A stretch of DNA of 64,000 bases from the human T2T-CHM13v2.0 reference genome, Homo sapiens. Shown here piece after piece: positions 44,093 through 57,622 of the stretch. A model generated the notes under the pieces. It was not told where the DNA came from, searched no databases, and saw nothing but the letters and a program-made list of their open reading frames with translations. The first letter of the stretch is position 1. Each line of letters begins with the position of its first letter. A program made the translations under genes and the position numbers. Where the stretch lies: the NCBI RefSeq assembly GCF_009914755.1, contig NC_060932.1; one strand, written 5' to 3'.

Positions 44093-44255
44093 TCAGTGTC
44101 TCTCAAAGTGGCCCACCTGATGCAGTATCACCTTGACAGAGCCCTACCTACTGAATTTGAATTTAATAGTGTCTGTGTGCATCCAGGATTTTAATGTTTT
44201 ATCTTTTACTAAACTCTTGTGGTGATTTTTAGGAATATTGAAATTTGTGAACCAC
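44093..44255. mobile_element. MER5-like MITE
   Basis: CAGTGTCTCTCAAAGTG...CCTACTGAAT...AAATTTGTGAACCACT. Confidence 0.55.
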
Positions 44256-44339
44256 TTTCTTAGAAGCAGAAAAAAGAGTGCATGCCTTGTTGTCTGTCAC
44301 CAACAGTAACTGCAAACAGCAATAATGGGTAATGATTGC

Positions 44340-44506
44340 CCTTATCATACTGCATTGCCATGATATGTTTACCTTTCTTCCTCACTTGCCTGTAAGCCCT
44401 TTGAAGGCAGAAATTGAGCCATATTTATCTTCATACTTTATGTGTTTAATACAATATTTGCTATGAAGAAATATTCAATAAATATCTGCTGAATAAATGA
44501 ATGAAA
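44340..44506 (+). mobile_element. L2 3' tail
   Basis: CTGTAAGCCCTTTGAAGGCAG...TCAATAAATATCTGCTGAATAAATGAATGAA. Confidence 0.7.
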
Positions 44507-46674
44507 CAATGGAATTATTAAATATACCTAGAGATAAGGTAATCCTCGTGTTTACATTTAAAGCAGGAGTAGGTTTCAGATGGAAATGTTACTTTAAAGA
44601 TGTCCATTGAAAATTTTTAAAAATATTTTCATATACTGCTATGTTTTTCAAGTTTTGTTTATTTGTATTCTTAATGCTGTTTATTGGTAGGTCATAGACT
44701 TTCAATTTCTTCTGTCCTACATATTAATGATTCTGTTCCAGATATTATTTAAAAAGTGAAAACTAGATTATACCTGCAGATAAGTAACAAGGTAAAAAAG
44801 ATATGTTTGTATGGCCAAAATGAATGGAGAATGAAATAACCAGCATCTCGAATTTTGCAGTTCTCAGTTAGGTCTGTCCCTAAATTATGTCTGACCTTTG
44901 TTCTGGCATGTCTATTCTCTATGTTTCGTTTTAGTTTGCTTTTCTGTAACATCAAAATGACCACAGTGACTTAACTCATAGATACACACACACACACAGA
45001 GAAATGGGTGGTCTGCAGTACCCTGAGAATTAGAATTGCAAGGTGCTAAGATGTTGTGCTACTGTATCTTTATTTTCAAAAGTCTTATTTTGTTTTAATG
45101 CTATTTTATCTCATTTAAAGAAATCTTGCCCTTTGAAGTATATGGCTTTGTCTGAGCCTCTGTAAGCATAGCTGGCCTTTCTTCTGTTTCTTCTGTTCCT
45201 CCTTCTGTTCATTTAATTAGAGAAAACACATTTGCTGCCCACAAAGGCTTCCTTCCCACCCAAATCAGTAATCACAGAGGACTGACTGGTTTGCATTTGT
45301 TGTTGTTAGGACTCTTCTTTTTTTCCACCTTCTTCTGTGTATTTTTCTAAAAAGAGATTCATTTAAAGAGTTGTTTTAACCTTTATTTCTTTCTTCAAAA
45401 ACCTAAAAACAGTGTCGGGATTCATCATAAAAATAAAATGAGTGTTTGGTGGAGAAAGAACCATAATAATGTTTCTTGGGATCTTTGTCATTTTTCTGTT
45501 CTTGCAAGTTCAGTGTTTTACTTACTTATTTTTGCTACTTCCAGTGCATGTTTTGGCTTCTTTGTGTGTATGCCATCACAAGTCTTGCCAAAATATGTTG
45601 GAGAAACTGGGTGACAGCCAGTTTGCAACAATAGAATTCCCCTGTTTTGACTTACAAATGGTCTTCCAACATCAACATAAACAGTGTGCCCTCCCCACAT
45701 GAAAGAGATTGGATTAAATAACACACATAGGAAATGTATACCTTCTCAAGTATTTATTTTTGTAGGTATCTCACCAAAAGAATTTTTGAATTTGCTTTGA
45801 TTCTGATAAGATCATGAGCAATTAATTTATACTGTGAAAATATTGTTTAAAACTTCTGAATTTCCAAATAGTTCATTTTGCTCTATCCACATGATCCCCT
45901 TCTTTTCTTCTCTCTTCTAACATGTCAACTGTAAGACATAATTTCTTGTTCCATAATTCCTCAAATGATCACTGTGAAAATCCTGTCAAGTCTCTTCGTA
46001 CCACAAGTGAATATTTATAGATGATTTATAAACTGTTGAAAACTAGAATTTATAATGAAGAACCTGGCAGGGCCTGAGATGTTTCTGCATTGGGAGGTGT
46101 TAATAGAACAGAAGAGCAGACATTACTAGAGAGAGCTTCAGCTTTCCAAAGCACACCCACAAAAAGGAAGATAATATACAGCCTGCTCGGAATGGACTGA
46201 AATCATTGAAATAATTATGGACTTCTCAAGAACTATAGTGTGCTTGTCTGTAAAGCCCTTACACATAAATGGATTTGAAAAAGCATTATAACAGCTTCCC
46301 TTTCAAGAGGATGACTTCTGCTTAAAGTCTCCAGGGTCTGGAGGTTTTATTGTGTTGTATGGATAGACACAGAGTGGTTTCTTTCAGACTCATACAACTA
46401 AGAGTTTCAGAATCTCTCAGGAACATGATGTTGTGAATGTCTAGGTTTTATGTCATTGAATAGGAAAAAATATAGGAATCTCAAATTTGAATTCTCTCTT
46501 ATACTTTAAGGACAAGAAAAATACAAAAATATTAAATTCATAGATAATTGCAAGACTTTCTGATGGCCAACAGTTTTAAGCTTCAAACAAATTGATTCAG
46601 TAGAAACCCAAAAAGACTGATTTGGGTTTCTCTTCCTATTACCTTCCTTCTGCCCACTCTGGATTACAGCTGAT

Positions 46675-47156
46675 TGTAGGGGTTCAGTCACGATGGTGGG
46701 AAAAATTGTAAAATAAGCCTTATTGGAAGGCCAGAAGGTTTTTGCAAAAGCCTCAGAATAGAGTTATGGCTGAAGGCAGCCTAATCCTCTTTGAGCTATA
46801 GCAAGGGTAATTAACAGGAATGTAGAAGAGTCTATCTAAATAGCTTGTTTACTCATGTGGTCCTAAGACTAACCTTTAACCATCTGTGGGTGTGTGATTG
46901 CTCTCTACTTGGGGGGTCAGCAGCGGTAATTACCTTCTAGTGATGTTTACTTGAGACTTTTATCATTTAATGTGTGCTGAATAAATGCTGGGAAGGCCAG
47001 TGAGTCAGGGTCGTAGTTGCAACTTTTTACAGCACTCTCCTGGGAGTCTGTAAGCGGCCGGCCCCAACTCTCAGCTGGACTGACAAGCATAATATCTATG
47101 TCAGAGTACATTATTCATCCGTCATTGGGTCAGGGTCTGCGGGAAGGACCCCCACA
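46675..47156 (+). mobile_element. LTR22 (HERV-K22/HML-5, betaretrovirus-like) solo LTR
   Basis: TGTAGGGGTTCAGTCA...GGACCCCCACA with an internal AATAAA; perfect 6-bp TSD GCTGAT at 46669-46674 and 47157-47162. Confidence 0.88.
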
Positions 47157-47414
47157 GCTGATAATAGCAAAGCATTGCCCCAAAGTCAGGCAGTAGTAGT
47201 AAAAAGGAGTAGGAACAGGGCCAAATAATTCACAAGTAGAAATTGCAAATCTGTGTATAATTTTAAATTGCAAAAAAATGGTCAATATTTTTCTAATCCA
47301 AAGAGAAAATCCTCATGTCTTTTTTTCATAAATGGCTATTATTAAAAAGCTGTGGAAAAGATAAGTGTAAGATGAAGCCTCAAGAATACATATGACTGGA
47401 TTTATGGGCCCACT

Positions 47415-47660
47415 GTCCAGCAATACTTATCAAGTGCCTACTATGTGCTAGCCACTCTTATCAAGACTGTGAGAGTTTTACTTGTATTTCTTATATCCTC
47501 ATAAAACCCCTAAGTTGTGACTATTATTAACACTATTTCATAGCTAAGAAAATGGAGGCATAAGTAGACCATGATCATGCAACTAACTAGAAAAAAAAAC
47601 TTTGACTTGAACCCGGGCAGTCTGGTGGGAAAGACCACCCACTTAACCACTTGCAATGCT
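47415..47660 (-). mobile_element. MIR SINE
   Basis: TACTTATCAAGTGCCTACTATGTGC...TTGAACCCGGGCAGTCTGG...CTTAACCACT. Confidence 0.75.
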
Positions 47661-47884
47661 GCTCATATGCTCCTGACCTATCTAAAACACATGTATGTGA
47701 ATTGTCAGACCTTTAGTCTCTCAAAACCTCCCATATCATTCATTAATCTATATTTAATTATTGGCATTTTTTGAGTATCTATAGAGTATACTTTGTGTAC
47801 TAGAAGAACTTGATTACTAATTGGGAGAGAAGAAATGAATGTGTGAGGCAGATTTAGATTTAATGATGTGATTATAAAGCAACC

Positions 47885-48251
47885 TGATATGGTTTGACTC
47901 TATGTCCCCATCCAAATCTCATCTCGAATTGTAATTCCCACACATTGAGGGAAGGATCTGGTAGGAGGTGACTGGATCATGGTGGCAGTTTTCCCCATGC
48001 TGTTCTTGCAATAGTGAGTGAGTTCTCATGAGATCTGATGGTTTAAAAGTGTGTGGCAGTTCCCCCTTCACTCTCTCTCTCCTGCCACCATGTAAGACGT
48101 GCTTTGCTTTCCCTTCACCTTCTGCCATGATTGTAAGTTTCCGGAGGCTTCCCAAGCCATGCAAAACTGTGAGTCAATTAAATCTCATTGCTTTATAAAT
48201 TACCAATTCTCAGGTAGTATTTTTATAGCAGTGTGAAAATCGACTAATATA
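47885..48251 (+). mobile_element. THE1D/MSTA-like MaLR solo LTR
   Basis: TGATATGGTTTGACTCTATGTCCCC...GACTAATATA; TSD CAACC/CAATC. Confidence 0.92.
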
Positions 48252-48391
48252 CAATCTGTGAACAAATAGATGATTATATGGATCAATCCATATACATAAA
48301 TACTTATAAGAAAGAATCTCGGTGGAGAAGAGAGAAATTATTGGGGAAAGTTTAATCATTTCAGACTTGATTTAATAAGAACAATATGAAG

Positions 48392-48892
48392 TATGGTAAG
48401 GTGAATAATGAGCCCCCAAAAGATATTCAGCTTCTAATCCCAGGAGCTCTGAATATGTTACCTTACATGCCAAAAGGGACTCTGCAGATATTATCAAAGT
48501 TAAGGAATTTGAAATGGGGAGATTATCCTGGAGTTTCATGCTGGGCCCAAACTAATTATATGAGGCTTTAAAAGCAGAACACTTTGCCTAGGTGTCAGAG
48601 AAAGATTTGTGATGACTGAAGAAGGGTCAGAGAAAAACTCAATGTTGCTGACTTCGAAGATGGAAGAAATGGCTGTGAGCTAAGGAATGCTAGCAGCCTC
48701 TAGAATGTGGAAAAGGCAAGAAACCCAATTCCTCCCTAAGTCTCCAGAAAGAAACACCATCCTTGCATTGTTTATAGCCCAGATTGACTTGTGTCAGACT
48801 TTTGACCTTCAGAACTGTAAGAAAATAAATGTGTATTGTTTAAGCTTCTAATTTGCAGTAATTTGTTACCACAGCAATAGAACATTAATACA
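48392..48892 (+). mobile_element. MLT1D/E-like MaLR LTR
   Basis: GAATATGTTACCTTACATG...GGGAGATTATCCTGGA...CAGAACTGTAAGAAAATAAAT...TTAATACA. Confidence 0.82.
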
Positions 48893-51800
48893 ACTGGTAT
48901 ACATTTGTTTGACAGGTCATAGAACTCTCACAGTCACTAACTCATTTGGTCCCAAAGCAATCTTAAGGGTTAGGCTGGGCAAAAGAAGACACAGAAGCTC
49001 AGGGAGGTTGAGTGGCTTATCTCAGGTTTCACAGCCAGTGGATGCCAGGCCAGCCTCAAAATTTAGAACTGACTCTGCACCCTGTTTTCAAGTATTCATG
49101 AATAGTAACACTCAAATGGTAGAGTGGTCTGACAGGTCAGAAAATCCCTTTACTGATCCTTATATTACTTAACTGATGCTTAATGAAGGTGATCCAGTGG
49201 TACACCACAGAGGTTGTGGAAAAAATAATTTAAGATAGTTTACAGGCCCTCAGTCCTTCTTGACTATACAGCTATAAATGAGAAATATTCATCCTCATGG
49301 TGCCAGCATAGAGCATCTGCATCTGCTTAAAGAGCCCTGACTTTTATAAACTATAAAATCATTTATACTGTAAAATCAAAAATTATTTTCTTCAAGATTC
49401 ATCCTGTCAAAATGTACTGTGGTTATGATTCTATAATAAGCCTGTTTGATAAAATATCTCTGTGATTTGAGTATGCTTAATAATTAGGGTAACTTGTTTA
49501 ATAATTGATCCTCACATTGTGAACCTTCTAGTAAATCCATCATACATTTAGAAATCCAGGCATTAATGCAAAAAGAGGGAATGCCTGTTCAATTTAATCT
49601 ACATTACAGAGACCACAGTGCCCTTGTTACACAGCTACCAAGCCAGGAATTTCAATAATTTATTATCTGTAATATACAAATAATCAGATGGAAGTTGAAG
49701 ACTTGAATGTTGAAAATTATTATTTGCCTGAAGAAATGGGAGCTTGGAAGAAAGGATGACTCATATGTTCAATAAACGTTTGCAATTATCAAGACATCTA
49801 ATAAAAATGGATAAGAATGGAAAGTTAATATGAACTAAATTTCATTGAATCAGAATGTATCCTTTACAAAAATAAGCTTTAATGAAATCACATTAATTAA
49901 TATATTCAGTGCTAACTAGATAAATTTACATGCTGTGTTTGTTTTAGATGTGATTACTTGAGTACTGCTAGGCTGTAACTAGCACAACAGTATAATTGCC
50001 ATAAATGTTCCCATACTATGCATCTAATAGGTTTTAACTATTTTATTTATTTTATTTTTGCATCTGGCCACAGGGAATAAATAGTCCTCTTCTCTAATGT
50101 CATTAATAAGTAATGACTTTTACATTTACCAGCCATTTTCATTTTCTCTTCCTTTTCTGTAATTGAATCCACAAAACATCTAAAGTCTCTAAAATTTATC
50201 TAAAGGAGAAATTGAATAAGATATCTTCTTAAAATGTCTAAAATGTTGAGGTTTTAATAGGTACAAGTCATTCTGGTAGTTTTGGCATAATACTAGAAAC
50301 TGATGGTGGGAGGATAGAATAAATTCATGCTTTTTAAGTGCTTATGACCTTGTTGGGGATGCAGAACATAAACGTATGAAAAAATAAATAGTATTTTCTC
50401 AGAAAATCTCATGGTATTATCAATAGCTTTGTGTCATAGAGTGTAACTACTATGTGGATGCCACTTCTTGCTCGACCTGCTCTTCCTCCCATATTTGGAA
50501 TTCTCTTACATTCCTTTTAGTACCTGATTTGTAGAATTTTTTTTTAACTCTCAGAAATAAGTCTATTGGTGTACTATATCTGGTCAAGGTTTCCTTCGAG
50601 GGAGTCCTCGGGTATGAAGGATACCAAAAAATCATGTGAGGAGAGAAGATCTTGGACAAAGAAGATCCTGAGAAAGGAAGCCAGATACATACACTCAGTG
50701 CAGCGGAAGGAGACCACAGCCACACAAAAGACCATTGTCTAGGCCACATGTATATCCTCCCCCATCTTCCATGATTAAAGAGGCAGGATGGATTTTCCAA
50801 TTTCGTTAAATCTGAGGTTGGTAAAACATAGCAGATCTATTTCCAGGTTATTCCCAGAGAACTGACAGCTTAACAAGGTGTGGTAAAAGATAAAAGGAGA
50901 TGGACAATGAGCTACTAGAGGCTGTCAAGCAGATATCCTATGATTAGAACTCTGATTTAAGAAGACTGTAGGGTCCATCCATTGAGGCAAACTGGGACGA
51001 ATTGCTAAACTAGCCATAAGCATACATAAGCATTATCTTACGTCCTCTGTGTAAAGGATGTTGCTTAAATAACAGCAAAAGGTTTTTGAAAATGGACTAT
51101 GTTATAGTTATAGTAAATTATATTCCAAACATAATTGTTATTTTTGCCTTTCCAAACCTAGAGTAGCTCAGCTGGTGGGTTATACAGCTATACATAGCTA
51201 TACTTAGATTGTTTATTAATTATTTATAATTCTATTGCTTATGTGTTGATTTACTTTACAATAGTTTTATATAAACAGGTGTGTGTGTATGTGTGTGAGT
51301 GTGTAAATGAACTCTAACCACTTTAGGTGTGGTTATTAGCATTTGAAGTCCATTTAACCAGGAATCAACATTTTCAAAATGGTTACTTAACATGTGACAT
51401 ATATTTATTGAAATATATCCCACAGTGTTTGTTAATCATAATTGGTAAAATGACAATTTTCAAGATAGATGCATGGTTAAAATACATTATAGAAGCCTCA
51501 CCACCTTGAATAAGTGAAATACAAAAGTTCAACAAGCCCAGCAGTTTAATGTCATTGGTGGAATAACCAAAGTCTACAGTCTCATTGGTCCTGTTTCCCT
51601 ACTTCCTGGAGAAATCAGATGAAGGATTCTACTCTAAGCCTGACTTGATACGCTGTCAGAACATCAGTGCATTCACTTCAGTAAGCCTCTCATACAAGGT
51701 GGTAAAATCAATGTATCTAGGCAGAAATTGGATTTCCTCCAAGCTGTGTAACTGTTGCATAACCACTTAGGAGCCATTTTGGTAACAAATGATCATAAGT

Positions 51801-53779
51801 TTGATGGAACTTGGTCTGAAATTTGGTTTTATTGTAAGATAGCATCTATTAGTAAGTTTGTGAGACAAGGGATATATATAAAATTGCCACTTAACTATTT
51901 ACAGAGTCTACTAACATTTACTAAAAGAATCTAACATTTGCTGAGTAACCTAATTGGTTTGAATCGTTTTGTAATCTATCTAAATATATCTAAGCAAATC
52001 CAAGTCCAAATAGAATTAATCTTCATATCCATATATCTAGATACATATCCATATTTATATTCACACTCATGTCCCTATCTATTTTTGTTTAAGAAGCAGC
52101 ATTCAGAGAGACAGTAAGGGAGAGATGAGGCAGTGACCTGCTGGAAACCCAAGTGAAAGATTGATTTAAGGAGGAAAAGGGCTAAGTTAGAACTATACTT
52201 TCCAGAATCCCATTTCCTGTATGGCCAGTTTTGTCCTAAAAAGAAATATGGCAGGGTTTGGAAGGCAGCCCTATGCAGGCAGCCATTGCTCTGTTAAGGT
52301 CCTAGTGGGTAAATGTGCTGAGAAAGCATACAGAAGTCCCAGCAAGGTCCAGCTGTCTTTGCCCTCCTTGCTCTGCAACCACCTCTTCTTTCCGACTGCC
52401 AGCTTTGTAGTGACCATACCACTAATCTCATATCCACTGCCAGGCACAGCGACAACAGCCTTTCATTGACTTATTGACCAGCTCTCCCTTTCTCAACTCT
52501 TAATCCAGCAGCCAGATGGTTATCCATCCTTCAGATTCTCAAATGATGCTGTCTTTTGTTCTTTCCCTGGTTTATAGGACCTGAGGTATCAAATAAGGAA
52601 TAAAAGATGGTCTTGTGGAGAAAGCTCTGGATGAGGAGTTAAAACTTGAGCATCACAAACTCTTCATCAGTGTGTTTATATATAAACTGCCAATTTTATA
52701 AATTGTTCCAAATTTTATAGGCATAGGAAGAGACTTCTACAATATAGTGTGTGGGGAAAATACATATTTTAAGATGCTCATGTAAAAGATAATACCTCAA
52801 TGCAAGAAATTCTTACTAACATGACTGCTCATATTTTGTCCAGTTTGTGAATTTCTACCTAGTAAGCATACATTTAGATTTGTGTACCTATAGACCAATA
52901 TGTTGATTTTTGCCCCATAAACAAAATAACTTCAGAAAAAGAAAAGCCTGAAATATTAAGGGTTTAGATTTTCAGTTTTTAGCTCATTTCATGATAATGG
53001 AGCTTCATAATGATGTTGTAAGGAATTCTATGTATGTCCTTTACTAACTTAAAATGTGATCATTCTCTATTTCACTTAAAGCTTAGGAATATGATACTTG
53101 ATGTTGTGGAGAATACCAATCAGCATAATATATAGTCTCTTCCACTCAAAAACTGAAATAAGGCTTGGCAAGGAAGACACATATACATTTACAGTTGAAA
53201 TACAAAAACTGGCAAGACATGAATAAATGTTTTAGATATTGAAGTGTTAGTGTAAGTATACATACATAGGTCAGAGACTGGATCATTAATGGCTGATATA
53301 ATACACGGATGCTTCTAGACTTGGTAATATGTAGCTAAGCACAAAAAAAGAAGGGAGGAAATAACAGGTTGGGTGAACAGCATGGGCAAATGCAAAGTTA
53401 AATTTAATAAATACTGAATACCAACTCAGCCAAGGCATTCACAGAAAGCAATATCACAGATAAAAGCATTCATCTTGGGTGTAGAAGAAGAAATTATCAA
53501 GCATTTCATAAACTGTCTGAAGGGCATTTTAAACATATGATTCTGTCCATGCTCACAAAAAAACAAGTCCTGGTTTTTGTGAAGGAGTTTATAAAATATT
53601 TCATCCTCAACTAAGTTGTTTTTCCTTCCTGTTCAGTTGGTGGTAGATATCCAAGCATGATAAACCTCTTCACAAGTGGTATGTTGTTTCAACTGGCTTC
53701 CAAATGTTTGGGTGTTAAAATGGTTCAGTTATTCTCTTCTGGAAGGCAGTTGTCAAGGCTGATTACAAAATATTCTTTA

Positions 53780-53945
53780 AAATACGACTAGCAGCACATT
53801 GAAAGAGGCCGTTTCAGTGAACGAAATTCATGGCTGCCTCGTACGTTTGGCATCTTCCTCCCAACGGAACAGGAAGTAGGGAACATATTTGTTTAGTCAG
53901 GAAGCTTTCACCCATTGTTTGTGCTGGCTACGCGGGAGGGTGAGT
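53780..53945 (+). promoter_or_regulatory. candidate enhancer/promoter with a possible first-exon donor
   Basis: 8 CpGs in ~155 bp against a CpG-poor background; ETS CAGGAAGT 53870-53877 and CAGGAAGC 53898-53905; FOX TATTTGTTTA 53886-53895; donor AGG|GTGAGT at 53939/53940. Confidence 0.4.
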
Positions 53946-54734
53946 GGGTATTTATATTCCTGTTCTGATTGCAGGGCACTTTTGATTCCTCATTAATGGT
54001 GTTTGGAGAGTTGTGAAAAGAAATATAACAGCACACAATTATTTTCATAGACTTCCTTTAAAGTACTATAATTCCTACAAATATTGCCCGAGTCTCCTAC
54101 TGAGACAATCAGAACCTAATTTCAGATAGAATAGAGTACAAATAAAATAAGATGAAAGGCTTAAGCCAGCTAATATTTCTATCAAATGATAGGATTTTAA
54201 AATACATGTCTATTAGAACTATAACTTTCAAGTGATAATTTCCATCTAGTTGTGAATTAAGGAATGTATGGAAAGAAGTATTTTTTATGTCATGCTTTCT
54301 TTTTGTTAGTTTCTGGTCTATGTGTGTATAGAGATCCTTTTTGCTACCTCATTTTTGTTCATACTTGGAATATACACAAAAATGATGTAAACTCTCCAGT
54401 TTTCTTCCTGTGTGCAAGGGCTTCTAGGAGACCTTATCTTTCTTCTATAACTTCTTCACTCCTTCATTCATCTGCAGAGCCATGAATGCTTAAAACAAAT
54501 CTGGTAGGACTAAGATATCAAATGCTGCCTTGCAGTGGAAATTTTCAATATTAATTAAATAGATAATTATGTTAAAACTATGTGCATGTGGTTCGTGTTT
54601 TTTATAATTTTTTGAAAGTTCTTTCTGATTAGAAGAACTATGTATATTTTTGCACACAATAGTCATCTGATGTGCACAAATTTACTTTGAGCTCTCTAAC
54701 AATGAGGCTTGTTTATTTGCATTTTTGGTTCAAG

Positions 54735-54768
54735 ATTCAAAAACTCTCTTACCCAGAGATGCCAAGAG
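54735..54768 (+). other. candidate 34-nt micro-exon
   Basis: Branch CTAAC 54696-54700, T-rich tract, CAAG acceptor, consensus donor GAG|GTAAGT. Confidence 0.4.
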
Positions 54769-55212
54769 GTAAGTGAATGCATGAGGAAGGCCATGGGGAA
54801 AACTAAGAGGCGTTACAGCAAAGATGGTAAACTGAAGAGCATAGCTATTCCCAAACTGATTGTCTCCTATAAAAATGGGAGCTACTACTGCCAAATACTC
54901 AATTTTGTGAGAAGCTAAAATGCTGAAATTTGATACAGAATTTCCCAATGAAAGAAACTCTTGTATGCTACAAAGCAAGGCTATGAGGGGATCTAGGCTT
55001 CAGGATCAACATTGATATCCCTTGTAAACTTTTATATCTTATAAATGTGACAAATGTTTGGCCTCTTGAACAGTGAAAACCAATGAGCTATATCCAAGAT
55101 CCATTTTGACAAGGACTATTTCATTTAACACTAAAAATGTTAGTTATAGATTATTTATATAATTTTATATCATTTATTAGTACATAAAAATTTTATATAA
55201 TTATCTCAAATT

Positions 55213-55356
55213 ATCTATCCACCCGCCCACCCATTCATTCATCCACCTATCCACCCATTTATCCATCCATCCATCCGTCCATCCATCCGTCCATCTGTCT
55301 GTCCATCTGTCCATCTGTCCGTCCACCCAGCCCCCCCACCCATCCATCCATCCATC
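55213..55356. repeat. degenerate (CCAT/CCGT/CTGT)n tetranucleotide microsatellite
   Basis: Directly visible runs of CCAT variants. Confidence 0.9.
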
Positions 55357-55374
55357 AATACACATATGTCTCTG

Positions 55375-55520
55375 AGGTATGTGGCATGGTTATTAAAGAA
55401 TCTGAGCTTGAGTGTCAGACTGCTGATGTCCAAACCTTGACTCATAGCTATTAATGAAGCATCCTTGGGCATTTACTTAACCTTTCACTGCCTCAGTTTC
55501 CTCATCTGTAAAATGTGGCT
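55375..55520 (+). mobile_element. MIR SINE
   Basis: CCTTGGGCATTTACTTAACC...GCCTCAGTTTCCTCATCTGTAAAATG. Confidence 0.85.
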
Positions 55521-56966
55521 AATGGCAGTTGGCATGGCATAGAACTGTTCTGAATACTGAGATTAATTTTGTCCTGCATCTCCAGTAATGTTCTTAACTT
55601 TCTGGGCATTTTCATGCCTGCTGCGAGGGAACAAAAAAGTGATCTCATTGATTCCTTTCCATTCACCAATGTGAGATACTCAAATAAAAGCAGAAATGAG
55701 AACAAGAGCCCTCTGGACATGTACTGTAGTGTAAAGATTTCTTTACAGGATTTGGGGAATACAATTTTGTCACAAAACTGTTAGTCATTATAGTTTCTGT
55801 GACCCCAGTGCTAGGCTGCTTTAAAAATAAGTCATAAACCTATATACTTTTTCAAATCGTCTCCTATGACCAATTACATAGGCATGTCTTTAAATAAAGC
55901 TGTTCTCTCTGTCTCGTATCCATTTCACAAGATGAATTCTTCATGTTACAAGAAGATTTAGAGTACGGTTTCTTTAAATAGCAAGACTTCAATGCAGTCA
56001 AAGTATGAATCAATTTATAAAAAATTGATTTATATACAACTTTACAGGAACAAATCTATTGCATAAAAGCTGTTACAGGACTCAATCCAGCAAGCTTTAA
56101 CAAATGTGGAATGAATTGCTTGTCTAAAAGCAAAATAACTATTCATAACTCCCTGCCCCCACCTCAGTTCTTTCAATACCCACAGCTTTGTTTAGTTTTT
56201 TTAGCTGGTGTCCAAACTGAGTAAACCTTGCAAGAAAATTTCATAATAATGAATATACACCCCAGATGCTGAATTAAACATTTTTGAAGAGAGGTTGTTG
56301 TTCTACATATTGGCTGTCTGTAAAAAATTAATTGATGATTTTCCAAAGCAAAAAGCAAAAATAAAATTCCAAATTAGGGTAATTGCTTTACTCTATGTGA
56401 GCTGCATAGCTCTTTTTTGTTGCTGTTTTTGCTAGTTATTTGTTGGTCCTAAAGGAAAACAAAACTCAAGCCTAGAAGCATTCATCAGTGGGAAATTCTG
56501 ACTGACCTTCCTGGCAGGCTGTCAAAGTGCCATTTAGCACACTAGCTATAAACGTGCAAATAATAACCCTTGTTGCCAGGTAAATACAAAAATCAAAACC
56601 AAAAAAATCACTGAGCTCCCCTCCCTGAGGTGGACCCTTATTTCCATCTGCCTGGTCATGCAAGTCCCATTGTGCCATTAACTACCCCCTTGGGCTTCTG
56701 GTCCAGTGTAAAAGTGTTTGGCTTACTTGCATTGACATGTAATTAATGCATGTAACTGGATGATTAATGGTACCTTGCCTGTTCTCTTAGAGTTTAGCTG
56801 AGGACTCCAGAGTTGACGATAATAGGTGTTAAATGCCAATAAATTCCAAAGAGAGACGTTAGATCCATCAGTGTCTAGCCTTAGTGAGACATGAACTGCT
56901 TCTGTGGTGCTTTCTTCATCCTATATAAGAAATGGAAGTTTAAAAAATAATTGATAAGATAAATGA

Positions 56967-57622
56967 AAGAGAATTGGAGCTACCTTGAAATTCATGGGAG
57001 AACTAGCACTGTGTCCACTGGAATATGTCCCAGAAATTGTGGTGTTTGACTTTCCCTGGAAAGACCTGAAGATAAAGGGCTGGGTGGGGACAATATGAGG
57101 GAGAGTGAGCAGCAAGACCACAGGAAAGACTCTGCACATGCAAGGTGGGGGAGGGTACAGATGGGCTTTGCTTCCCAGGGACCAGAATGTACAAGTAGCT
57201 GGGCGGGAGAACACTGTAGGGGAGGACTGCCTGTCAGAGAAAAGTAGATTGTGCCTTGGGAGCAATTGCTGAGACCTTGCCAAAAAGACAGAGGGAGAGG
57301 CAATTGCTTGGAGCTGGAAACATGGCCAACTCCAGGGTTTCCACGCAGTCCCAGAACTCACAGAAAAGCCCCATCTACTACCCAGACAGATTCTCCACCC
57401 AGCAACACTGAGTAATTCCCCAAATAGTTTTTTCCTTTCTGTGAAAGCATTTCTGTTCCTCGAATACCCTTTTCCTGCCTTGTCTGATCTGCCTGGAAGC
57501 CCTTTACCTTCAGGCCTTTCCAGAGAGAGTCAAACACCACAGTTTCCGGGACACATCGTTGCGTATTCCAGTGGACACAGCGCTAGTTCTCCCAAGAATT
57601 TCAAGGTAGTACCAATTCTCTT
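56967..57622. repeat. inverted repeat, arms 56967-57081 and 57498-57622
   Basis: Manual alignment gives 115 aligned bp, 10 mismatches and one 10-bp indel; spacer 416 bp. Confidence 0.95.

Noticed and set aside
50450-50800. 116-aa minus ORF / possible processed pseudogene fragment
   Set aside because: No recognisable protein in the frames I checked, and no poly-A tail or TSD.
53789-53840. TAGCAGCACAT, identical to the miR-15a/b 5' end
   Set aside because: The match ends after 11 nt and only an 8-bp local stem forms. There is no pre-miRNA-length hairpin.
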